Shown piece after piece: positions 50,701 to 62,626 of a stretch of DNA of 64,000 nt. The notes under the pieces were generated by a model, which did no database searches, was not told where the DNA came from, and was given only the letters and a program-made list of their open reading frames with translations. Source of the stretch: Bigelowiella natans CCMP2755 (Eukaryota; Protista; Cercozoa). The position numbers and the translations under genes are program-made. Position 1 is the first letter of the stretch. Every line of letters begins with the position of its first letter. The DNA is taken from positions 74,828 to 138,827 of the forward strand of contig ADNK01000157.1 in the NCBI GenBank assembly GCA_000320545.1, read 5' to 3'.

Positions 50701-51656
50701 CGTCGGGAGGGAGGTGTGGCTTTATGTCAGATCTGCTGTCCGCGACATGGACTCAGACGTTATTCTTGGAAAGCTTGTCGCACCGTGTAAATCGGATTGA
50801 TTTTATCGCAGAAATGGAGCTACTTGTCGCTTTGTGCAGATCACATTCTTTTTGCCCCCTCCTCAAAACCCAACTCGGCGAGTGACTGACTCTCGCCTCG
50901 CAATCGCATCACTCTGCTAGTCTGGCACTGTTCAGACCACTGCATTCATTCACACGTTCTCGAGATTGACCTTGTCATTCGTTCATTCGTGTGCGCATAA
51001 TCTGGTGTGCCAAAGGGAAAAAAACGCCCGCTCATGCAGACTTGACAGCCAAGAGTGCTCCAAAGTTGCATCTGCAAGGTGTGTTCCTGAGAAGGCCGCT
51101 CAAGACGCAGGCCGACTCCGGTAGAAGTGAACTGGGATCCAAACAGGATCAGTGGTCCACTCCACAAAAAAACACAGAAGGATTGAAGCGAAAGCTGGAT
51201 TGTTCTCTCATTTCAATGGTGTTCGTTCATGTTTCATGCGCTTGCGATGCAGCTCGACTGCAAGTAGCAGCAGACAAGATCGCACTGCTCCAAATGAACG
51301 CTGTTCCATGTCTCATCTAACGCACTGCACTGGATTGCGAATTGCGTCAGCGCGCGTGCATTGTGCTAGCCGAATTGAGCCTGCCACAAACATGGCAACG
51401 CACATGTGGCTAGATGGGCTTTCATTGATCTCGATCTGAGGTCGGCAAGGGACGATACATGCATGTGAATTGTGTGATGTGTGAATATATGCGCCACATA
51501 AATAGCGAGAATCGCCTGGCTTTACGATTTGTCGTTGCGCGCATGATGGACAACCGTGATTGACGACAAATTTGCCAGGATTTCGCATTTTCATTTGGGG
51601 CCTTTTTTGTGGTACTGATGTTCTTCTCTCTAGCTTCTGTGGACGTTTTGCTAAAT

Positions 51657-52541
51657 CTACAGCATGGAGGAAAAGAATTTGCCAATTTTCACAGTTTGGA
51701 TGTGTTCCTATCAATTATTGGACACACGGATGGCAAAGATGACAGTAAATGAAAAGCAGCACTTTGGACAATATTTAATTAACAAAGAGGAGGGACGGTT
51801 GAGTTGTTCACTACCTTGGGATCATTTGTGACGACTAGAGGCCCATTCGTCGGAGACGCTTCAGCATCATATTTCATCCTATTATATGCGCGCGCGCGTG
51901 TGTGTGTGTGTGTGTATGTGTGTGTGCGTGTGTGTGTGTCAGAGAGAGGAAAGGAGAATGACTGGTCGAAGATCCTTTGCTATTATCTAATCACGAAGAA
52001 TGCGATTACCATCAAGTTTGTGCTAATGATATGCTACCTTTTCCCTTCTATGTCCGTCACCGCAGCTCCCGCAGCGAGCAGAACCGCCTCGGCAGCACAC
52101 GTGCCGTACTTTACACTCTTCTTCATCAGGATGCACTTATCAATCCGGTTCTTGAATAAACATTGCAGAAGTCAGACCGAGTGGTGGAGAGCCATTTCTC
52201 ACGTGGATTACAACTTCGTGCACGTGCATCATCATCAACATCATCTACGCTATAGGTTTAAGGCAGTACCTCCAATACTTGAAGAGCCAGATTACCGACG
52301 TCCATATAGCGGATAGTGCGTGTTCGAGGAAGCTTGTAGTCTTCTACTGCATCCGAAATCGAAGCCTGACAAACAAGTAATATAGGGGATCAGTGCCAAT
52401 GACTACGCTTTCTCAATGGTTTGGTCATTGCCAATCCTTCGCTTGCTTCACGACCCAACATCATAGGAAAGTGTTACTTTGATGGTGTGCTAACCTCTGT
52501 CGTTCTTGAAACGCCAGCTACGTATATTGGCTTGAATGCCT

Positions 52542-52616
<75 letters not shown>

Positions 52617-53446
52617 ATCATCCGCGTGTTTGTGATGATAAGCCAATAAGTTGCATGTCTTCCCTATTTTTGAAGTGGTGATGTAGTAGTAAAAATCGAG
52701 CCGCTCTCCACCAACATGTCTTGCTATCACAAATTCAGGCGCGTGTTTATAGACGGTTTCCAGAGCAAAAAATCTTCTTTATCTTCTTCAAGTAGCCGAC
52801 CTCCTTCTCTTCTTCAGCCGCTGGATCTAAATCGCCGCCCACGCCGACGCGAGCAAGGCCCCACACCATTTTTTTCTTGAATGGTTTGGTTATCACGCCG
52901 GCAACAGGGACACCTGCACGTCGAGGAGGAGGAGGAGGAGGAGGAAAAGGCAGAGCAGCAGGAGGCAGGGGAGTCACGGGGGGGGATGGCTTCTCAGAAC
53001 TTATGGCATGAAGGGACATAATTTCGCAACGTTTCGATCACAAATGATGCCATACGAGTCAAAAGACGACCACACATAGATTTTGACTAGAAATATATTC
53101 ATATATATACATACTAGCACTACCTTTGTAAGATATTCCGATCGTGGTTGTGACAACGTCGATGAGACCTTCCAACATTGCATCTGTGCCGTCGATAGGA
53201 TCCACCCAGATCTGACGACGAAGTGCGTTCCAACACAGAAGAAGAACACAAGATGGAGATTATTGTTTGAAATGAGAGAGAGCAACGACACGACGTCGAT
53301 AGTGTTCGAAATTGCCAAGATCTTCCTCCATCCGGCAGCAATATTAGGTTTATCACTTCGGGGAAGAACAAAGCAAAATGAAAGAAGGGTCCTCTCCTTC
53401 TGATGCTGCTTGCTACTTACTACTGCTGTTCCTACTGATGTTACTA

Positions 53447-53483
<37 letters not shown>

Positions 53484-53864
53484 CATGAGATCCTTTGGGT
53501 CAACACTCAATATTTCCGGTGGAAAATCCTCCTCGAAGGGCTACAGTTGTGAGAAAATCCATATTATGTGCATATATATATATATATATTATAGACGATA
53601 CATATATGTTTTTTGTATTTAATTCCCAAAATATCTTCAGTGTACGAATTCCACGTTGTTTGTTTGATGTGGGATGAGGCAAAAATCTTCGATCTAGTGC
53701 ACACTTACAGATAGCAGCTTGGTCGTGGGCGTGTAATCGTCAGAAAACACGTTATCAAATATGTCCTGATCCATTTAATAATACAATTAACATACGTACA
53801 TGCAAAAACCACACACGATATCACACAATTTTATAACGCAATTTAACATATGTATAAATATATA

Positions 53865-53898
<34 letters not shown>

Positions 53899-55262
53899 TT
53901 ATCAAATTTCTGTAGACTAGTGTGTATGAATGCATTGCAGTCCATGTTAGTAACAAGGTGAATAAATGTTTATATGCGAAAGCCGAGAGAAAGAGCGACG
54001 AGGTTTTCTGACCTCCCCAGACATTTCTCTCCGCAACCTCTCCGCGGTTTCCTTGGCTCCTTCCCTGTTTGAGTTGGAAACAGTAGCATTCTAAATTTCG
54101 CTACCGGTAAATACAGAAGATCAATTTTGGGTAAATCTGTGCAGATTGAGATCCCCCGCTTCGGTTTTTTTTTCTAATTACCCTTCAAACGCAATGTCAG
54201 ACAGCTCCCCCTCTTGGCCAACACACTTTATCATTTGCGGGAAGACCTTCTCAATCCCTTCCATAATTACCTACACAACAAACATTGCTATGATCATGGC
54301 TCTTATGGCAGTGGTTAACGTTATGAATCCCGACCACGTCAATGAGTTAAAAATTCCCAAAGTCTCTGGGGTCTATGGCTAGGATTGTGAGCACTGATTT
54401 GTGGGGAGGTTACCCGCTGAGCCTCTAGATCGCAAAGAGTCACCGTTTCATCAAACCCACCCATTGAAGCCGTATCTTTGCTTCCAGGTCGGGGCCGTGG
54501 ATATAAAGAATTGGAGCGATAAATCACCCGAATTCGCTCAGCAGCCTCGAGACTAGCAGGGAGGATAACACATGATGTAAGACGCTGTAGTCGAAGCTCG
54601 CCATAACGACAATGTCATACCTGGCATCTATGCACACCGACAATACTTCTGAAATGGAGACGCGTTGCTTTATTGTACCATCTTGGGTTGTTTCTCCACT
54701 TCCTAAAAACTCGTTCCACGAGGCTGAAGCCGGGGGGGGCTGGTCCTCTGCTTGGGCCCTTGTGACAGATGATGATGATGATGATGATGATGATGTGGGA
54801 TCGATACCACTCTGTGCTGGAGAAGGTTCGGTGAGCCTTTTTAGCAATGATCGCGGTCTTGAGGCAAGCGAGATCCTCTGAAGCCCTGTATTGAGAAAGG
54901 AGAAGGGGAAAAAATACGGCAATTAACATATAGTCGATTTTGTCAAGAGAAGCATGAGCCAGGTTTACCCCCAGTTCGGAATGAGTGTCGATGCTCCAGC
55001 GACGATACCCTTGAATTTACATGCCTGTTATGATGGCATTTCAAAAAAGGGATTGTATCCTGAGTCCCATTTTCGCTCGATCAGAAACTCAATTCCGAGG
55101 GGTAGTAGGTACCCTACTTTCTGCCCACCCCCTCACATCGGCATACTCACGCATCGTCACGAGCCCCATACAAACTCACCCAAAGCTCAGAGCCACAGCA
55201 GAGAGAAACATCGCCTGTTTCACAACGAAGTTGAATGGGGAGGCAAGGTGGGTGCCCGCCAT
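51657..55262 (-). CDS. Inositol-monophosphatase superfamily, BPNT1-like (3'(2'),5'-bisphosphate nucleotidase-like) protein with bipartite leader
   Basis: Spliced exons give VIMEGIEKVFPQMIKCVGQEG, IWVDPIDGTDAMLEGLIDVVTTTIGISYK|GVPVAGVITKPF and KYGTCAAEAVLLAAGAAVTDIEGKR|MKYD. Hydrophobic then Ser/Arg-rich leader. TAG at 51657-51659. Confidence 0.8.
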
Positions 55263-55626
55263 CGCAGATGATAGCCTGAGCTGTCGGCCACTGGTCCGTC
55301 GTCTGCTTGGATGGTGGTGTTGCCCGTTGAAACAGGAACGAATTGGGGAAAATTTTAAAAGCACAAAATTACTAAAATATATGTAGAATCGCACAAAACA
55401 GACTGGGCAAGTTTGTAACACTGCGCATATGGCCTCTAAAGACGCTTGCCTGGAAATAGGTGATTCCCGGGATAATTTCCGCCTATTTTACATTTGATAG
55501 GAAAAAAAGAATTTGGCGGCTCACCCGTTGTCGCACCTATGTTTGGTCCGAGCACAGGCAACATCTTCATAAAGCCCTGTGTTATCACCGGGATCCCCGC
55601 TTCCAGAGGCAACATTCCATCCAGAA

Positions 55627-56931
55627 ATGGCTCCCGCTTGGTGTAACTTGGTTTTCCTCGTGGCTGCAGCTGTGCCAGTCTCCCCATCACCATTTGACCT
55701 GAGAAAGGCCTTGCAGTCCATTACAGAGTATGAAAGCGATAAGTATAATTGCTCAATTGCGCTCGCATTCCGCTCCAAGAGTTTAGGCTCCTTCCCAGGA
55801 GTCGTCTCTGGGGTGTCTGATTTTGAGTCTGGACGCAAGACTACAATTGAAGATGCCTTCGTGTGGGGAAGCGTTACTAAAACACTCACTGGGGCTTCTA
55901 TTCTCTCTTTGGTGGATAAGGGATCTTTCAGCCTGGATGATAAGATCACTAGCTACGTCAATCCCATCTTGAAGAAGATGGCTGCCAAGGATCCTTCTAA
56001 AGGTTACGGATCAACATTGGAGGAGCTTTTCGGCAGAGAAGTCAAGAAAGTCACCATCCGCGACCTGATTTCAATGAAATCTGGAATCCCCGACTTTGAT
56101 ACAGCTAAGCCGGAGGGTCAGTATCCAACAGATTCCTTTCGAGCAACTGTGTATGCACACCCACAGCACGCGTATGGTCCAATGGAGCTTCTGAATCTAC
56201 CATGGGTTAAAAAAGGAGAGCTCGAATTTAAGCCAGGATATAGATTTGGGTACTCATCCAGCAATTTTATTCTCCTTGGGTTCATACTAGCAGCTCAGAA
56301 GGGATACGATTCCTGGGAGGACTTCGATCAGTCCAGCGTATTGAATGAGAAATTGAAGAGCGAGTTGCGTAATCTTAGATTTGCTGTGAGTGGAGATCCA
56401 AAGAACTACACCAACGTGCACGGGTATGACCGAACCTCATATAACAACCAGACAGGGGATCATGATGTCTATCAAACAGCTGGTGTATTCTCTGGATGGA
56501 CTGCAAGCGATCTCGTTGGAACCGTCGGTGACGTAGCAAACTTGACCTATGAGATTTACGGGCCTGTACATGATTTTGTGTCCAAAGAAACACAAGAGGA
56601 TATGGTTCCCACTGAGGGCTTCTACGGAATGTCAACGATGAACTTCAAAGGTTTTACAGGTAACTCAAGTTTGCCAGAACATATGGCCTGGGGACATCTT
56701 GGTGCAACTTACGGTTTTCAATCGATCGTTGCCTATTTTCCTTACATTGAAACAGCCTTGGTCATTGCTTCATCGATTGAGACTAATCGCCAAGATCAGC
56801 CTGCTGATACTCTTTGTCTAGCGTACAATACGATACTCAACTATGCCAAGGGTCTACCTCAACCGCAATGCGCATACACAAAAACAAGCTACTACAGGTC
56901 GACATGTAATTGCACAACTCCAAGCTTTTGA
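55627..56931 (+). CDS. Secreted beta-lactamase-family (S12/class C-like) serine hydrolase; intronless
   Basis: Signal peptide MAPAWCNLVFLVAAAVPVSP; SxxK in WGSVTK; TIRDLISMKSGI; FGYSSSNFILLG; WGHLGATYG; C-terminal Cys cluster. Confidence 0.88.
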   Translation: MAPAWCNLVFLVAAAVPVSPSPFDLRKALQSITEYESDKYNCSIALAFRSKSLGSFPGVVSGVSDFESGRKTTIEDAFVWGSVTKTLTGASILSLVDKGSFSLDDKITSYVNPILKKMAAKDPSKGYGSTLEELFGREVKKVTIRDLISMKSGIPDFDTAKPEGQYPTDSFRATVYAHPQHAYGPMELLNLPWVKKGELEFKPGYRFGYSSSNFILLGFILAAQKGYDSWEDFDQSSVLNEKLKSELRNLRFAVSGDPKNYTNVHGYDRTSYNNQTGDHDVYQTAGVFSGWTASDLVGTVGDVANLTYEIYGPVHDFVSKETQEDMVPTEGFYGMSTMNFKGFTGNSSLPEHMAWGHLGATYGFQSIVAYFPYIETALVIASSIETNRQDQPADTLCLAYNTILNYAKGLPQPQCAYTKTSYYRSTCNCTTPSF

Positions 56932-57643
56932 AGGCAACTATGATCGAATGCAGATGTAAAATGTGCAAGTGGATATTTCAACGTGCTATGACCGCTGTGC
57001 CTGCGGTCCCATGTAAGATTTTCAAAGTAATAAATCATAATAAATGAAAATTAAGCGACAAACAAAAAGAGCGCATTGCACATTGCGTTATAGCGTTGAG
57101 CGCCATGTACGTCAGCACGTTCCCTACGACACATCGCCACGGTACGTACACACTGTGCTAGTGTGCACGCCTAACCACGCCTCGCGGTTATTATGATTTA
57201 TCATACACAGTCTAATATGCGAATTAATGCGCACATCTAGACATCGCAGTTGTGCTGATTACAACAGCTCTAGAGCTACATGAGGATGTCCATTGAACAA
57301 ATTTAATTTGATTGATTACATCGGTCTTACAATAAGAAAGTTTCGTCCCCTTTAACAGCCCTAATGCTGAATATTGCTAGCTACATCCATGCATGTATAC
57401 TAGTCATGGAGATTAAGAAATATAATTTAAGCGCTGTAGCCGCAGATTTGCAAAGTTGCATTAGGATGACAACTGAAAAAATTCAACATATTCATTACAT
57501 TCGCCTCATTTACTAGTCATGGCTGTGAAGGGTACGAGCCATGCTAGCATGTAAAATGTACGCCATGTTGCTGAGTGCTAGTTCATGTATGTAGTATCTG
57601 GTACGGGCTGAGGTTTATAAGCATGAAACATCTTGCATGCTAA

Positions 57644-59218
57644 CTAGCTTTTCTTTGGTGTGTTCTTGGCGATTACAGAAAGCATGTGGAGTAGCTGAAG
57701 CCATTCGTCCGCACCATCGATCAATTTTCGCTCAGAATCAGCTATGGCAATACAAATCTCGGACCTTTGTACATCGCTAAACAACTCTTCTTTGATTACT
57801 CGGCTCAACAATTCCGGTATCATCTCCAGAACGGAGTAGCCATTATATATCGCGTTTTGAGCCTCTTTCGAAATCGCGGAAAAGGACTTCGTTTTGCACG
57901 CGTTCAAAAGACTTTCTGCCACACCGTCAGGAATTACCTAAAGGATTATTTTGATCCTCGAATTAACTTGGGATACAAATTCTGTCAAATATTGTCCACC
58001 CCAGCAATCTCCATGACTTCTTCAGGTGTTAAGGATTCATTGGCTCCAACTGCATTCCTTGCAGTTTGCAGTAATGTTATGGAGCGACGAAGATCACCTC
58101 CGGACACCTCGATAAGTTTCGTGATTGCCTGCGCGTAGATTCGTTTAGTTGCGAACATGTATACGGTGCCAAAACTTACTTTTTCATCACACTTGACGCT
58201 CTCTGCAGAACAAATCTCTGTTAGCTTGTTCGTCATCGATGACATGTTAAGAGAGGCAAATCGAAACTTTGCACATCTCGAGGTGATAGGTTCAATGATT
58301 CTAAAAATTGGAAAAGAAGATTAGTTGGTCGCAATCGCAACATGTGAGTAAAATACCTGGTGACGTAGTTGCAGATGATGCAAAATCTTGTCACATTACT
58401 ATAGGCCTCCATAGTACGGCGAAGCGCTGTCTGAGCGTCCTTTGTCATCTACGTTTTAATAACAGGATTAATCTTTTGGTTCCAAAACGTAAATTGGGAT
58501 CAAACCGAGTCAGCTTCGTCCAGAATGATTATTTTGTATGGAGGGCACGGATAGCCCCTGATAAAATAGAACTTCTTTATACTTCATATTCAGCAAGAAG
58601 AGTATGTTCGTCTTACTTTTCCTTGCGCGTACCCACCGCTAAACTGGCGAAGGTTTTGACTCTCTCGCCTGTAAATTGGTGATGTAAGTTTTTAGTGCTG
58701 AGTATCCATTCTGATAAATTTGTTATCTCACGTATGGCTTTAATTCCTCGCTCGCTTGAAGCATTCATTTCCAAGACCCTTTTTTCCATTAGGTTTGGCC
58801 CGTACAGCTCTCTCGCAACGGCCAGGATCGTGGAAGTCTTACCGGTTCCCGGTGGCCCATAGAAGAGCAGATGCGGAAGCTGACAACAGAGGCTAATTTA
58901 ATACTGACGCTGACACAGTGATATGATGAGTTTTTCAACATTTGCAGTCTCCAGAGTTTGTCTTAATGCTTTCACGACATGGTCTTGGTGAGCAATATCA
59001 TCCAGCTTCTTTGGACGGCTGATTTCATTAGGTTGATTCTAAGTCATCTTCGAATAGGCTTTACTCTTTCTCGACAAGACAAAAGCTTCAATCTCGCGCA
59101 CCCACCCACCCACAAATATTCATAGCTTTTAGCGAAGAATAGCATGCAGAACCGACTATTTCTCAATCCAAAGGGCCGTCTTCTTCGCCTTAGCAGGTGC
59201 GGTGGTTGCAGCCGCCAT
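57644..59218 (-). CDS. RFC4: Replication factor C small subunit (RFC4/37 kDa, yeast Rfc2 type)
   Basis: WIEK|[44 protein letters not shown]|[51 protein letters not shown]. Short introns. Confidence 0.93.
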
Positions 59219-59330
59219 CTTGCGCCTCTGTGTTCTGCTGATATCCTTCGATTTAATTGTAAATGGAGGAGATTTTGGATATGATGCTTGGAACTTTGTA
59301 AAGACTTCCAAAAAATGCAGCTCTTTTAAG

Positions 59331-59420
59331 TTTGGCGGGAAGCCCTTGACAAGGAGCGGAACCCACGAGACAAGAGAGTCGGCACCCAAAAAAATGCATT
59401 TGGTCCAAAATGGCGCGAAA
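59331..59420. promoter_or_regulatory. Two E2F-type motifs upstream of RFC4
   Basis: TTTGGCGGGAA at 59331-59341 and GGCGCGAAA (= TTTCGCGCC) at 59412-59420, 110-200 bp upstream of a DNA replication gene. Confidence 0.45.
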
Positions 59421-60572
59421 CTGTTTGGAAGCATTGGCTGCAATTTCACCCTAATGCTTCATCTCTAAGACTTTTTAGGTTCAAAATTCCCTAGATTTTC
59501 CGAAAGATGCTATGTCATTTTGCAAAGAATGGTCGCACATTGCATGAGTGGGCATGTTCAGTCAGGCAACATGATCCTTTGTGAGGCCCATGATCCTTTC
59601 AACCGCTTCTGTTGAATTGCTTCATTCATTCATTCAACCGCTCCTGTGGAACCGCTTCATTCATGCATTCATCCGGCGGATGCGAAGCGAACCAATTGAA
59701 GCGACCCCTTCGTTTTCCTCGCGGTGGTTGTCATCGACCTGGCTAGCTGGCTAGCTGGGGAGGAATCGAAGTGGACAAGTCGATGATCCTCTCAGCTGCA
59801 CCTTTGGAACTGCTTCAAAGAGTCCACTGACTCGTTCATTGCAAAATCACTAACTCGCCGAAGCAAGCTAGCAAGCCTTCTGGCCTTCTCGATTCCATCA
59901 CTCTGGACCTGTGCCAGTGTGGACAACCAGTCAAAGGATCGGGAAATGCCAGAATGGCTGATGGGAGCGTGCGGGTGTGTGAGCAGAACTGTCTAGTAGT
60001 GTTTAACTTGGTGCAAGAAATTGGTTGCAACTTGGTTGAACAGCTCGAAGCAAGTCTGGAAGTGCTGTGTGCACACCAAACTCATGCTAGCATGGACTGC
60101 CTGCGCACACTTCTTCAAATTCTCATCCATTGGACATGCGCAATATTGATAGCTTTTTTGTCTTCGAATAATCAAATTGCAATGCACGCTCGCGCTGCGA
60201 CAAGCATGTGATATACATCTGGCTCAATTTTCGATGTGGATCGAAACGATGTTCTTGTGCGGCGGTGCAATGCTAGAATGTGTTGACAAAGAAAATCAAG
60301 CAGGAGAGATGAGATCAGCTGCACCAACGCGACATCCACAGCTTTCCTAGCACAGCTACTGTCGTGCTTAGTGATTGACTGCTGCATGAGGTGTAATTTG
60401 AGCACTTAACTAGTTAAAGAGCAGATGGTGGAGATAGATTCAAAGCCCATTTTGGCCTCGGCATGCATGTCTAGATGTAGTAGTAAGAACGTCTAGAGAG
60501 TAGCATGCAGTTCATTCGCTGCGCTTGAACAGCTCGTAAGGACGTGGACCAATCGCACTGCTAGCTATCCTC

Positions 60573-60875
60573 CTACCACTTGAAATATAGGCGCTCCCTT
60601 CGTATTATTTCTTTTTCAAGTTCCGGAGGTAGATCTTTCATAGTGAACAGGAAAGATACAAAGATAATCATTTAAACACACAGAAGCATTTATGCTGTTG
60701 AAATAGAGTACACGTCGTAAAATACCCTTTTAATATGCCGTTTTGGGTGTGCATATTACATAGACATCTTCACTATCATACTATAGACCCGCTACCATCC
60801 TCCTCCTCTTCCGCTTCCTCTCATCATCAGCATCATATTCATTAAATATCCAAATGTCACACACGAACACACAGG

Positions 60876-60908
<33 letters not shown>

Positions 60909-62016
60909 TCAACTGTACTGAGCATCCCGGAGTGACGCTCTACCACGAATAGATCCACGCACAGATCCTGCAATTATGAGGAAAAAGTTATTACTAAGGA
61001 TGAAATGACAATGCTAGTGATGACGGTGGCGAAGATATGCTACTTGGTGCTTTGCTGATAATTAACACACATGTATGAATAACGGCACCTGCAACCCGTA
61101 CATCCCTAGCGAAGAGCCTACAATGAAATATCGGAGCGCTGTCCTTGGAACAACTTTCTGTGAAAGCAGATCCTCGTATGCACCTGTTATAATAATGAAG
61201 GAGGTGATGAGGACGATGGGATGATGATGACGACGACACCGATGATGATGATGATGATGATGATGATGATAAGAAAGATGATAAGTGATACTTACTGTGT
61301 AACGACGAAAGGCCAAGCTGCTTCCCCGCATGGATCACTTGATGCAAAAACTCTATCTCCTCCCTGATGATAACAAATAGTCCACGAGGCAGAGCGATGG
61401 TGATTGGGAGGAGGAGGAGGAGGAGGAGGAGGAGGAGGAGGAGGAGGAGGTGGTGGTGTGGGTGGGGAGGGAGGGGAGGGAGGGGAGGAGGAAAAAAATG
61501 GTGAGTGAGAGGGATTCACCAGAGTGACCAGGCACGAGTTTTACCTACCTCATGGTGTGATTTAGTGAATCCAGATCGAAACCGTCGGCGGTGTTACCGC
61601 TGCTACCTTCAGGCAGTATCACCTGAAAGAAACGAATGCTGTCAAAAAGAGAGGAGCTACCATGATGTGCTGATGATAACCTATCAGCAAGATCAGTACT
61701 ACTATTACTACTACTAGTAGTAGTAGTTCCACTACTAGTATTTGATAATGGCGTCTTTCATTGATCAAACATATAAAACTGCAACGAGCAACAACACCGG
61801 GCAAAGGCACCGTCATTGCTTTTCATTTCATTTTCGTTCCGGCAGAGATTGCGATAAGAACAACACACAACATGTGCATCTGCTACCTGGTGCCATAATA
61901 GCAACGTGCCTGTGTAGAGGTAATGTAGCAGCACGTCGAGACATGCCGTCGCCAAACCCTGTAATAAAAGGAAGCCTCAAATGACCATTGGAAACCGCTG
62001 CGATTCAACGTACATG

Positions 62017-62064
<48 letters not shown>

Positions 62065-62588
62065 GTACATAAAATAATAAACTATGTGTGTCTGTCCGTC
62101 TGCTGTGTGTGCGCGCGCGCGCGCGCGTGTTTGCTCTACAAAGTAGCGATTTAGTGGCAGCTGTACCGTGAAGGTAATAGTGAATCGTCTAGACCGTCGA
62201 CCCAGCGTTGCTATCGATGACGCTGCTGATGAGGCTAGTGATGACGACAGCGATGATGATGATAGGGTCGGGTCATGCTTATTGCGCTCCTCGCTGTCGT
62301 CGTCGTCGTCGTCGTGGTCGCTTTCATCATCAAGCGCTGACGGTGTTCTATGCAGGCTAATTGGGCGTTGGAAGCGAGGGGGGGGGAAACTCTCTCTCCT
62401 CCTCATCCTCGTCGTGTGGTGACCGTCATCATCGTTGTCATCGTCGTCATAGCTGCGTGCGTGGTCGAGGTCATCAGCATCGAGGGATAGTGCGGAGCAG
62501 GTGCGGGGTAGTAGCCTATGTAGATGATGATGATGATGATGATGATGATGATAACAGTAGAAGATAACGTCAGATCATACAGATATAA

Positions 62589-62626
<38 letters not shown>

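Noticed and set aside
58745-58775. RFC box reads NASSERG rather than NASDERG
   Set aside because: Single substitution; all other AAA+ motifs are intact, so it is not evidence of inactivation.
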